From positions 2,100 through 66,099 of the forward strand of contig DATFVZ010000095.1 in the NCBI GenBank assembly GCA_035259785.1: DNA of 64,000 bases. Direction: 5' to 3'. Below the pieces are notes generated by a model. It was given only the letters and a program-made list of their open reading frames with translations. It did not search any database and was not told the origin of the DNA. The translations under genes and the position numbers were made by a program. This DNA is from Gemmatimonadales bacterium. Lineage in GTDB: Bacteria; Gemmatimonadota; Gemmatimonadetes; Gemmatimonadales; GWC2-71-9. This document shows positions 54,778-63,654 of this stretch, one piece after another. Position 1 is the stretch's first letter; each line of letters begins with the position of its first letter.

Positions 54778-55571
54778 AATCTGCCGCGTGCGTGTCGTTC
54801 CTAGTGCTCTGGGTTTCCGGCGTCAGCGCGCAAACGCCCTCTCGTGCGCAGCTGGTGTTGACGATTCTGGGTGGAGGGATATCTGGACACTCGCTGTGGG
54901 AGGTCAGGAATCAACCCGTTACCGCCGGCGCCGAATTCGACACGCTGCACCTGAGACGGGACGTGTCGTCGAGCGTCGTTCTGGGCGCGTCGGCCACCTA
55001 CTTCTTTTCGTCGCACTTTGGCATGCACGCGGAGATTTCGTACATGGGGCTGCCAATGGACGATGGCTGCACCGCGGTCCACATCGCTCCTGGGGACACG
55101 GCCCGGATTCAGGCAGCCTGCGATGATATCGCATCGCGAGCCGGCTCCGGTGGGGCGATCAGTCTCTTCCTGGGTGCGACGCTCCGGGCCTCAGCCGCGA
55201 AGTCGCTCAGTCCGTACATCCGCGGCAATATCGGTATCGTCAGCATGCCGCATAGCTACGTGGAGGTGTCCGGGAACTACTTTCTCACCGGGGTCGGCCC
55301 GCAGGAGCTGCCGGTCATCAAGGATCTTTCCCCCCGGAGCGGAGCGCCCTATTTCGGGCTCGCGGGGGGGCTCACCCAACCGCTCTCGAAGAGCGGGGGA
55401 TATCAGATCCGTCTCGAGCTGCGCGACGCCATCACCTCGTTCGAGCAGGTCGCCGGGCCCGCGGATCCTGCCACGCAAGTCGCCCCGACCGAGATCAAGA
55501 CCTACCACCACCTCTCGCTCACGCTGGGACTCGACATCGTGCTCGAGAAGGCACGCGGCAGGCGCTACTAG
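54774..55571 (+). CDS. Small outer-membrane beta-barrel protein candidate
   Basis: ATG at 54774 overlaps the upstream stop. Signal peptide MKSAACVSFLVLWVSGVSAQ, beta-strand-rich, C-terminal aromatic residue. Confidence 0.5.
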   Translation: MKSAACVSFLVLWVSGVSAQTPSRAQLVLTILGGGISGHSLWEVRNQPVTAGAEFDTLHLRRDVSSSVVLGASATYFFSSHFGMHAEISYMGLPMDDGCTAVHIAPGDTARIQAACDDIASRAGSGGAISLFLGATLRASAAKSLSPYIRGNIGIVSMPHSYVEVSGNYFLTGVGPQELPVIKDLSPRSGAPYFGLAGGLTQPLSKSGGYQIRLELRDAITSFEQVAGPADPATQVAPTEIKTYHHLSLTLGLDIVLEKARGRRY

Positions 55572-56177
55572 TTGCGCGGAGCGGTGCTGGCCGGCGGGGC
55601 GGCGAGCCGGTACGGCGGGATTCCCAAGGGTCTGCTCGAAGTCCGTGGGGAGCGCATTCTCGATCGCGTCGTCGACACGATGACGGGGGTGCTCAACGAG
55701 CGGCCGCTCCTCATCGCCAATGCACCCGATGCCGCGACCTGGCGACCCGACCTCAACACGCTGGCCGACGTGCGACCCGGCTTTGGTTCACTCGGGGGCA
55801 TCTACACCGCGGTGACGGCCGGTGAAGGACCCGTGCTCTGCGCGGCATGGGACATGCCCTTTCTCAGCGGCCCGCTGCTCAGCTCACTCGTGGACTGGTT
55901 CGCGAACGGTGACTACGATGCCGTCCTACCGGAGAGCTCCGGTCGGCGTGGCCTCGAGCCGCTCTGCGCGGTCTATGGCCCGGCGTGCGGCCCTGCCATC
56001 GAGAAACGCCTCACGGCGGGCGATCTGCGGGCCATCTCCTTCCACCCCGACGTGCGCGTCGGTATCCTCTCCCTCGCTCGAGTCAGGGAGCTCGGCGACC
56101 CTGCGCAGCTGTTCTTCAACGTGAACGCCCCGGCAGACCTGGAGCGGGCGGAGGCGATGTGGCAGCAACGCGCATAA
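55572..56177 (+). CDS. mobA: Molybdenum cofactor guanylyltransferase
   Basis: 201 aa: AVLAGGAASRYGG.PKGLLEV...CAAWDMPF. TTG start. Confidence 0.85.
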   Translation: MRGAVLAGGAASRYGGIPKGLLEVRGERILDRVVDTMTGVLNERPLLIANAPDAATWRPDLNTLADVRPGFGSLGGIYTAVTAGEGPVLCAAWDMPFLSGPLLSSLVDWFANGDYDAVLPESSGRRGLEPLCAVYGPACGPAIEKRLTAGDLRAISFHPDVRVGILSLARVRELGDPAQLFFNVNAPADLERAEAMWQQRA

Positions 56178-56692
56178 TCTCGATCATTGGACTCAAGAAC
56201 GCGGGCAAGACGACGTTTCTCGTGGCGCTCGCGGCGGAGCTCGTGCGTCGCAAGTTCCGAGTGATGACGATCAAGCACGGCTCGCACCCCGCCGATATGG
56301 ATCAGAAAGGCAAAGACACCTGGCGGCATTGGCACGAAGGGAAGGCGGAGCGCGTGCTGATGGAAGCGCCGGGCGAGCGCATCCTCTTCGAGCGCACGCC
56401 GGCTGAATCCGATCCTATCACCCTGGCGCGGCGCTATCTCGGAGGTGCCGATATCGTGGTCGTGGAAGGGTTCAAGCGGGCTCCGCTTCCCAAAATCGAA
56501 GTATATCGCACCGTTGCCGGACCCAAACCGATCTTCGATCCGGCTGTTCACGATCCCGGCGATTGGATCGCGATGGTGACGGACGACGCTGGGTTTCGCG
56601 CGCCGTTTCCGGTGTTTCGCTTCAGCGACACGTCGTGGCTGGTGACGCTGGCCAACCTCGCGTGGGACCGTGCCAAGATCCTGCCGCCATGA
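56159..56692 (+). CDS. mobB: Molybdopterin-guanine dinucleotide biosynthesis adapter protein
   Basis: GTG at 56159. P-loop ISIIGLKNAGKTT and ...VVEGFK. Confidence 0.87.
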   Translation: MAATRIISIIGLKNAGKTTFLVALAAELVRRKFRVMTIKHGSHPADMDQKGKDTWRHWHEGKAERVLMEAPGERILFERTPAESDPITLARRYLGGADIVVVEGFKRAPLPKIEVYRTVAGPKPIFDPAVHDPGDWIAMVTDDAGFRAPFPVFRFSDTSWLVTLANLAWDRAKILPP

Positions 56693-57906
56693 CCCCCGCT
56701 GAAGCGGCGCGCCTCATCATCAGCAATTTCCAGCCGCTCGGGCCGGAGCGTCGATCCCTCCGCGCCGCACTCGACGCAGTACTGGCCGAAGACATCACCA
56801 GCCCCATCGATTTGCCACCCTGGGACAACTCGGCGATGGATGGCTACGCGGTCCGTAGCGGGGACCTAACCGACGGCGGCGCCGATCTCGATGTCATCGA
56901 AACCGTCGCCGCCGGCCAATTTCCAAGCAAGACGATCGGACCCCGGCAGGCGACCCGGATCTTTACAGGCGCACCCCTGCCCCAGGGCGCGGATACGGTG
57001 ATTCGACAGGAAGACACGCAGCCCCGGACCGGCGCAGTGACGATCAAGAACGCCCGCGATGCCGGGAAGAACATTCGTCGCCGGGGCGAGGACATCAGGA
57101 AAGGCAGCGTCGTGTTGGAGTCGGGCACGGCACTGGGACCGGCTCAGCTCGGCGTACTTGCATCGATCGCGCACAGCAGCGTGCGCGTTCATCGCGCGCC
57201 GCGCGTCGCCTATCTGGGATCGGGCGATGAGATCGTGGACCTGGACCGCAGCGAGGAAATCCTGGCGGGCAGGAAGATCGCGAGCTCCAACTCCTACACG
57301 CTCGACGCCCTGATTCGCCGCGCCGGCGCCGAGCCTCTCAATTTGGGGATTGCGCGAGATACTAAGGAAAGTCTCCGCGAACACCTTGCAGGGGCAACGC
57401 GCGCAGACCTCATCGTGACGACGGCCGGCGTGAGTGTGGGCGAGCACGACTTCGTGCGCGATGTGCTTCAGGAGATGGGCGGTGAACTCAAGTTCTGGCG
57501 CATTGCGATGCGTCCAGGTGCACCGGTGGGATTCGGCACGATCGGCGGCATCCCCTGGCTCGGCCTGCCGGGCAATCCCGTGAGTACGATGGTCACGTTC
57601 GAGCTGTTTGTGCGCCCCACAATCCGGCGGATGCAGGGCCATCGCCTGCCGTTTCGTCGGACGGTGCCAGTCGTGGTGCGCGAGCCGGTGACGCTGGGTC
57701 CCAAGCTGCGTCACTTCCTCCGCGTTATAGTAGAGGATGGAGAAGCACGTTTGACAGGACCGCAGGGGTCTGGCATTCTCACCAGCATGGTACGTGCGAA
57801 CGCGCTGCTCATCGTCCCCGCGGAAATGCAGGCGGTACCAGCCGGCACAGCGCTGGAGGCCCTGGTTCTGGACGATCCCCAGCACGTTGCCGACGCCCCC
57901 TATTGA
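56689..57906 (+). CDS. moeA: Molybdopterin molybdenumtransferase
   Basis: ATG at 56689 overlaps the mobB stop: PPWDNSAMDGYAV...TTAGVSVGEHD...LPGNPVS. Confidence 0.92.
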   Translation: MTPAEAARLIISNFQPLGPERRSLRAALDAVLAEDITSPIDLPPWDNSAMDGYAVRSGDLTDGGADLDVIETVAAGQFPSKTIGPRQATRIFTGAPLPQGADTVIRQEDTQPRTGAVTIKNARDAGKNIRRRGEDIRKGSVVLESGTALGPAQLGVLASIAHSSVRVHRAPRVAYLGSGDEIVDLDRSEEILAGRKIASSNSYTLDALIRRAGAEPLNLGIARDTKESLREHLAGATRADLIVTTAGVSVGEHDFVRDVLQEMGGELKFWRIAMRPGAPVGFGTIGGIPWLGLPGNPVSTMVTFELFVRPTIRRMQGHRLPFRRTVPVVVREPVTLGPKLRHFLRVIVEDGEARLTGPQGSGILTSMVRANALLIVPAEMQAVPAGTALEALVLDDPQHVADAPY

Positions 57907-58733
57907 TGGCGGAGTCTAGGTCCGTCGGGCGCGTGCTCCGCCTCGTGGGCTATGTCCTGCTCACGATGCTGGTCTACTGGGCGAACAGCGCCACCCCTCC
58001 GACAGCCCGTCTCGGCATCCTCTACGTCATCCCGGTCCTGCTGGTGACCTGGACCGACGGCCTCATTTGGGGCGTTGTGTTCGGCGTCGCGTCGGTGGCG
58101 CTGCGCGAAACTGTGGCGATCGACCAGATGCCCGGAGACACGTCGCTGGCGTGGCGCATGGGCAACGCTGCCGCCTACGTCGCAGTCCTTGTCGTGGCCA
58201 TGGCGGGTCTGCGGAATTTGCGGCGCAGCCAGGCCCAGCTCGCCCAGCTCGTGATCCAGGATCCCTTGACCAACGTGCTGAACGCGCGGGCCTTTGCCGA
58301 CCGGCTCGGTGAGGAGTTGGACCGCAACCGGCGCTATCCGCGTCCGCTGGCGCTGCTGTACATGGATCTCGACAACTTCAAGATCATTAACGACACGCAC
58401 GGACATCAAACGGGGGACGCAGTGCTGCGGCTGGTCGCCGACGCGACGCGGTCGTCTGTCCGGCACTCAGATATCGTCGGCCGACTCGGCGGCGACGAGT
58501 TTGCGGTGCTGATGCCGGAGACCGACGCACACCTTGCGGATGCCGCCGCCAAACGGCTCGTCGCTGGACTCCGCAATGTCTTCAAGGGAACACCGAACGT
58601 GACGGCGAGTATCGGCGTTGTGTCGTGTGCGGCGACCGATGCCAGCACCGACGACCTGCTGCGACGGGCCGATCAGGCGATGTATGACGCCAAGAAGATG
58701 GGGAAGGATCGCGTCGTTCAGGTAGCGATCTGA
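57906..58733 (+). CDS. Membrane-anchored GGDEF diguanylate cyclase
   Basis: An N-terminal hydrophobic region of about 100 aa precedes the GGDEF domain, which has RLGGDEF and an RxxD I-site (RHSD). ATG at 57906; the track uses TTG at 57903. Confidence 0.88.
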   Translation: MAESRSVGRVLRLVGYVLLTMLVYWANSATPPTARLGILYVIPVLLVTWTDGLIWGVVFGVASVALRETVAIDQMPGDTSLAWRMGNAAAYVAVLVVAMAGLRNLRRSQAQLAQLVIQDPLTNVLNARAFADRLGEELDRNRRYPRPLALLYMDLDNFKIINDTHGHQTGDAVLRLVADATRSSVRHSDIVGRLGGDEFAVLMPETDAHLADAAAKRLVAGLRNVFKGTPNVTASIGVVSCAATDASTDDLLRRADQAMYDAKKMGKDRVVQVAI

Positions 58734-58746
58734 CGGATCGCACATC

Positions 58747-59391
58747 ATGAGCGGCCGCGTGATGGACCTGCTCCTGATTTTCACGTCGGTTTTCTTCATC
58801 GTCGACCCGTTCGCAGTCATCCCCACCTTCCTTGCGATGACGGCACGCGACTCGCCGCAGCAGCGCCGCGTGCTCGCGCGGGGGGGCGCGTGGACCTGCG
58901 CCATTACGCTCACGGCGTTCGCCTTGGGCGGCAGCATAATCTTCAGGATCTTCGGGATCACCATCGGGGCATTCAAGGTCGCTGGCGGCGTGCTCATGGG
59001 CTTGAATGCGCTCGACATGGTGCAGGCGCGCCGCAGCCAGCAGCGCGAGACCCCAATCGAGACCGCTGAAGGCATTCAGAAAGACGACATCGGCGTTATG
59101 CCCCTCGGCGTACCGATGCTCGCGGGGCCCGGAGCGATCTCCACCGTGATGGTGCTCGCGCTCGGCGCGAAATCGACGGCCGCGACCGCGGCGGTTTACA
59201 TCTCGATCTTTCTCACCGCGCTGCTCAGCTATTTCGTATTGTCGGCGGCGTCGCTCGTCGAGCGGCGGCTCGGCCAGACCGGAATGCGCATCCTGACCCG
59301 ACTGATGGGTCTCGTGTTGTCGGCCATCGCTGTGCAATTCATTCTGGACGGTATCAAGCTCAGTTTTGCGGATTTCCACCCAAGGAACTAG
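58747..59391 (+). CDS. MarC-family (UPF0056) integral membrane protein
   Basis: 214 aa, six hydrophobic segments. N-terminal FIVDPFAVIPTFLAMT. Confidence 0.85.
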   Translation: MSGRVMDLLLIFTSVFFIVDPFAVIPTFLAMTARDSPQQRRVLARGGAWTCAITLTAFALGGSIIFRIFGITIGAFKVAGGVLMGLNALDMVQARRSQQRETPIETAEGIQKDDIGVMPLGVPMLAGPGAISTVMVLALGAKSTAATAAVYISIFLTALLSYFVLSAASLVERRLGQTGMRILTRLMGLVLSAIAVQFILDGIKLSFADFHPRN

Positions 59392-59476
59392 TCCATCGGA
59401 AGGAGGACATCCGCCGTGAGTTTCCCCCGTTTGACTGATTGTTGCTCGAATTGTCATCTCCTACTCTTCGGTTCCA

Positions 59477-60262
59477 ATGACTAATTCGCTCGTCCATCCG
59501 CTGCTGATCGAAGCTCCCGTCAACCGGCACTTCGCTCAGCTGCACCGCGACCCGCAGGCCCTCACGGAAGCCGTCACGCTGTACTTGGAGACGGGCCTGC
59601 GGCGCGGCAATGGGGTCGTCGTGATCGCGACGCCGGCGCACATCGAGCTGTTCCTGGAGCGCCTGCGCGAGCAGGATCTCGACCCTGGTCGCTTTCTGAA
59701 GAGCGGCCAGCTCGAGCTGCACGATGCCGAGCTGACGCTGCGGAAGTTCATGTGCAATGACATACCGCTCTGGGAAGATTTCCGGCGCGCCCTGGGCGCC
59801 GTTTTCCAGCGGATACAGGCGTTCGGGCGCGGTACTACCCGGGCGTATGGCGAGATGGTGAATGTGTTGTGGCAGGAAGGAAAGCAGGGAGCCGCCATCG
59901 CGCTCGAGCAGTACTGGAACGAGCTCGCATGCCTGTATCCGTTCGCGATGTTCTGCAGTTACATGCTCGACGTGCATCACGACCATGCCTACAACGGGCC
60001 GCTCGAGGAGATCGGGCGGACGCACTCGGACATCATCGGCACACCGGACGACGAGCGCTTCCGCGTAGCACTCGACGCCGCCAGCCGCGACGTGTTCGGC
60101 GTGCCGCTGTCCGACATGGTCGGTTTATCAAACCACAACAACGGCGAGCGCCGTTTTCCGAGCGGCCAACGCACGATGCTGTGGGTGAAGCGCAACCTGC
60201 CTTCCGCCTCGGTCGCCCTGCTGCAGCGGGCGCGCCGTTACTACCACGACTCAATCGAATAG
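59477..60262 (+). CDS. MEDS-domain protein with a conserved C-terminal extension of about 90 aa (paralogue 1)
   Basis: 261 aa. MEDS-like pattern: RHFAQLHRDPQALTEAVTLYLETGLRRGNGVVVIATP...AYGEMVNVLWQEG...LEQYWNEL...FAMFCSYML. Confidence 0.7.
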   Translation: MTNSLVHPLLIEAPVNRHFAQLHRDPQALTEAVTLYLETGLRRGNGVVVIATPAHIELFLERLREQDLDPGRFLKSGQLELHDAELTLRKFMCNDIPLWEDFRRALGAVFQRIQAFGRGTTRAYGEMVNVLWQEGKQGAAIALEQYWNELACLYPFAMFCSYMLDVHHDHAYNGPLEEIGRTHSDIIGTPDDERFRVALDAASRDVFGVPLSDMVGLSNHNNGERRFPSGQRTMLWVKRNLPSASVALLQRARRYYHDSIE

Positions 60263-60266
60263 GCTC

Positions 60267-61028
60267 GTGGCCCTTCTGGCCGAAGCGCCCGCGGGCCGGC
60301 ATTTCGCGCAGTTTCATCGTACCAGCGATTCGCTGACTGAATCGATCTACGCGTTTCTCGAGGGCGGGATCCGCCGCAGTAATAGCGTCATCGTGATCGG
60401 CACTCCCGAGCTCAGGGACCGGCTCACGACGCGTCTCGCCGAGGAGAAGTTCCATCCCCAAACGCTCGTGTATTCGGGTCGGCTCGACCTGATCGACGCC
60501 GCCGAGCTTATGGCGGCATTCCTGCCCGATGGCGTTCCCGAATGGCCGCGCTTCCGCAGCGTCATGGTGCCCATATTGTCGCGCATCCAGGGGTTCGGCC
60601 GCAGGACTCGAGTCTTCGTCGAGATGGGCAGTATCCTGTGGCGAGAGGGCAATACGGCGGGAGCCGTTCAACTCGAGAACTTGTGGAACACGCTCGCGGG
60701 CTTGCACACCTTCGCGTTGTATTGCGGCTACACGCTGGACACCCAGCGCGAGGAATCATACACGGGACCCCTCGAGGAAGTCGGCCACGCCCACACCGAC
60801 ATCCTGGGTGCCGACGACGATGAGCAGTTCGGTGTGGCGCTCGACCGCGCGAGCAAGGAGATCTTTGGAATCACACTGTCGCAGATGGCGGGGATGACGA
60901 ATCATGACGGTGCGCGACGCTTCCCGAGCGGGCAGCGCACGATGTTGTGGGTCAAGCGGAATCTGCCACTCTCCACCGCGCTGCTAGCGGAGCGGGCGCG
61001 CCGCTACTTTCAAGAGTTGCGCACGTAG
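60267..61028 (+). CDS. MEDS-domain protein with a conserved C-terminal extension of about 90 aa (paralogue 2)
   Basis: 253 aa. GTG start 4 nt after the paralogue-1 stop. Collinear similarity to paralogue 1 along the whole length, roughly half the residues identical by eye. Confidence 0.7.
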   Translation: MALLAEAPAGRHFAQFHRTSDSLTESIYAFLEGGIRRSNSVIVIGTPELRDRLTTRLAEEKFHPQTLVYSGRLDLIDAAELMAAFLPDGVPEWPRFRSVMVPILSRIQGFGRRTRVFVEMGSILWREGNTAGAVQLENLWNTLAGLHTFALYCGYTLDTQREESYTGPLEEVGHAHTDILGADDDEQFGVALDRASKEIFGITLSQMAGMTNHDGARRFPSGQRTMLWVKRNLPLSTALLAERARRYFQELRT

Positions 61029-61037
61029 CTCACCGTC

Positions 61038-62693
61038 CTACATGCGTTTGTACTTCGGGCCGCTGCCCCCCTCGCGCGGCGTCCAGCGGGGACCGAGCAC
61101 GTCCGTCGCTTTACAATCCACGCAGTTGGGCGCGTTGATCCGCAGGCCGTCATCCGTAACCTCGTAGACTCCGGCCGGACACATATGCGCATAGAACCGC
61201 GCGACTTCGGGCGGCACGTCGGTCTTCGCGATCAGGTGACTGGGAATCGTATCGCGTGTCGAGTTACCAGACTTGAAAACGGCGTCGACCTTACTGACGC
61301 CCACCGGATGTTCGAACCCCGGACGCACGTCCGGGGTGCCCGGGGTCTTGGCCACTTCGGCGTCGGCATGCATCAGATACCGGCCACCCGGAAACCGGCC
61401 TCCCGTCAATGTCATAAGCGCGGCCTGGAAGCCCCCCAGATAGAATCCGTCACGGAACGCAAGGCGCATGTTGCGAGTGCGATGGAGGTCGTCGGCGACA
61501 TAGGAGCGAGCAATCAGCCGGTCGTACTCAGCCAGCGAGGCGCCGGTCTTGAGACTTTGGAAGATCGCCCGTGCCGCGTAGATGCCGGATTGCATCGCGT
61601 AATGAATGCCCTTGAGAGAGGGGACATCCACGAACCCTGCGGCGTCGCCCAGCAACACGACGCCATCCCCCGCCCGGCGTTCCGCCAGCGAGAAGTACCC
61701 GCCTTCCGGAATGGTCTTGGCACCCCACTCCACCATTTCGCCGCCCGCGAGCAACGACCGCAGCAACGGATGCTGCTTGAAGCGCTGCAGCAGTACGTGC
61801 ACATCGAGACTGGCGTCCCGATAATCGAGGCCGACTACGAGTCCGAGCGCGACAAGATTCGGCTCGAGCGGATAGATGAAGCTGCCGCCGAACGCATCGG
61901 TCGGCAGCGGCCACCCTAAGGTGTGAATCACGCGGTCGAGCGGCTGCTTTGTTTCCCACAGCTCCTTGACCCCGAGCGCAAAGATCTGTGGGTTCTGCGA
62001 CCCTACGTGCTGCCATTCGCACCACGCCTGCGCCAGGAGCCCGCGCGTGCCGCCGGCGAGGGCCGTGACCTTCGCCGTCAGATCGTTCGGCGCCGAGCTG
62101 CCGGCCGTTGGCGTACCGTCGCGACTGAGGCCCGCGGGCGCGGTCCGCACTCCGGCGACAGCCTGTCCCCGTACCAGGAGCTGCGCCGCCGGAAAGCCGG
62201 TGAAAAGATTCACGCCGAGCGCTTCCGCCTTGGCGCCCAGCCACCGGACGATCTCGCAGATCGAGCCCACATAGTTCCCGTGATTGCGCATCGACGGTGG
62301 CGTTGGGAGTCGAATCTTGGAGCCGGCGGTCAGGAGATAGACGGATTCCTTTGACACCTGAGCCCGGAATGGGAAGTCCGAGTCTTTCAGATCGGGAAAC
62401 AGTTCACGGAACGCTCGCGGGTTGATGACGGCGCCAGAGAGCGAATGCTCGCCCAGCGCGTCCGCCTTCTCCAGCACGCCAACGTTCAGCTCGGAGCCGT
62501 CGGCCTTCGCCAGCTTGGCGAGCTCGATCGCGCAGGACAGCCCCGCTGGTCCCGCACCGACGATGACCACGTCCAGCTCCATCTTGTCGCCCGCGCCGTC
62601 GGATCCTTCCTCAATGACGAGCTTGTCGAGCGGCAGCGCCGGCTGGTATCGCGCGGGAACGAACCCCTCCCCCGTCCCCCCTCCCTTATCCAT
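61038..62693 (-). CDS. Electron-transfer flavoprotein:quinone oxidoreductase (ETF-QO)
   Basis: 551 aa. FAD motif VVIVGAGPAGLSCA. C-terminal 4Fe-4S region CPAGVYEV...NCVDCKATD. Confidence 0.92.
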   Translation of the reverse strand: MDKGGGTGEGFVPARYQPALPLDKLVIEEGSDGAGDKMELDVVIVGAGPAGLSCAIELAKLAKADGSELNVGVLEKADALGEHSLSGAVINPRAFRELFPDLKDSDFPFRAQVSKESVYLLTAGSKIRLPTPPSMRNHGNYVGSICEIVRWLGAKAEALGVNLFTGFPAAQLLVRGQAVAGVRTAPAGLSRDGTPTAGSSAPNDLTAKVTALAGGTRGLLAQAWCEWQHVGSQNPQIFALGVKELWETKQPLDRVIHTLGWPLPTDAFGGSFIYPLEPNLVALGLVVGLDYRDASLDVHVLLQRFKQHPLLRSLLAGGEMVEWGAKTIPEGGYFSLAERRAGDGVVLLGDAAGFVDVPSLKGIHYAMQSGIYAARAIFQSLKTGASLAEYDRLIARSYVADDLHRTRNMRLAFRDGFYLGGFQAALMTLTGGRFPGGRYLMHADAEVAKTPGTPDVRPGFEHPVGVSKVDAVFKSGNSTRDTIPSHLIAKTDVPPEVARFYAHMCPAGVYEVTDDGLRINAPNCVDCKATDVLGPRWTPREGGSGPKYKRM

Positions 62694-63654
62694 GCAGTTT
62701 CCGGATCTCGTCAGCGAGCTTGGGTACGATCTCGAACAGATCGCCGACCACGCCGTAGTCCGCCACTTTGAAGATGGGAGCGTCCTTATCCTTGTTGATC
62801 GCGACGATGATTTTGGACGTGCGCATCCCGGCTAGATGCTGGATGGCGCCGGAGATCCCTACCGCGATGTAGAGCGACGGACTGACCGTCTTGCCCGTTT
62901 GTCCGACTTGATCGGCGTGGGCACGCCAGCCGGCATCCACTACCGCGCGGGACGCACCGACGGCTGCGCGACCCCCAAACGCGCGCGCCAGGTCCTCGAG
63001 GACCTTGAAATTCGCGGGCTCCTTCAGCCCCCGGCCACCGGAGATGATCACCTGCGCTTCCGCAACGTCGAGAGTTCCCTCGGGCGCCGCCTTCACTTCC
63101 CGCACGACGACCCGGCTCGGTGAGATAGCGACGGCAATAGTTTCCGCGGCACCTGCTTTGGGACGCTCGACGGGTGTGAAGACATTCGGCCGCACTGAGA
63201 GGACCGCCGGTTGCGCGCGGACCTTCAGTTTCTGGAGAGCCTTTCCGGCGTACACCGGGCGAGTCGCGACAATCGCGCCACCTTCGGCGGAAAGCTCCGT
63301 GATGTCCGCGACGACCGCGACGCCAAGTTTGGCGGCGACGCGGGGCGCGAGGTCCTTGCCCGTGGCGCTCGCCGCAAACACCAGCGCCTGATATCCCCCT
63401 TGCCGGGCTCGGTCGGCCAGCGCCTGAGCAGAGCCTTCGGGATCGTACTTTGCGAACGACGGATTGGTCAGCGTCACGACCTTATCGGCGCCGAACTTGC
63501 CGAGCTGTTCGGCTCCCTGCACGGCCCCTCCGGTCGTCGCGCACACGACGGCTTCGATCGTTCCGCCCAGGCGGTGTGCAGCAGTCACGACCTCATACGA
63601 CACTTTGCGCAGGGCGTTGCCGCGTTGCTCCAGCACCGCGAGGACTGCGCTCAT
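62686..63654 (-). CDS. etfA: Electron transfer flavoprotein subunit alpha
   Basis: ATG at 63654 ([15 protein letters not shown]) overlaps the etfB stop (ATGA). C-terminal FAD motif [16 protein letters not shown]. The track ORF to 63987 is an over-extension. Confidence 0.92.
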   Translation of the reverse strand: MSAVLAVLEQRGNALRKVSYEVVTAAHRLGGTIEAVVCATTGGAVQGAEQLGKFGADKVVTLTNPSFAKYDPEGSAQALADRARQGGYQALVFAASATGKDLAPRVAAKLGVAVVADITELSAEGGAIVATRPVYAGKALQKLKVRAQPAVLSVRPNVFTPVERPKAGAAETIAVAISPSRVVVREVKAAPEGTLDVAEAQVIISGGRGLKEPANFKVLEDLARAFGGRAAVGASRAVVDAGWRAHADQVGQTGKTVSPSLYIAVGISGAIQHLAGMRTSKIIVAINKDKDAPIFKVADYGVVGDLFEIVPKLADEIRKLHG

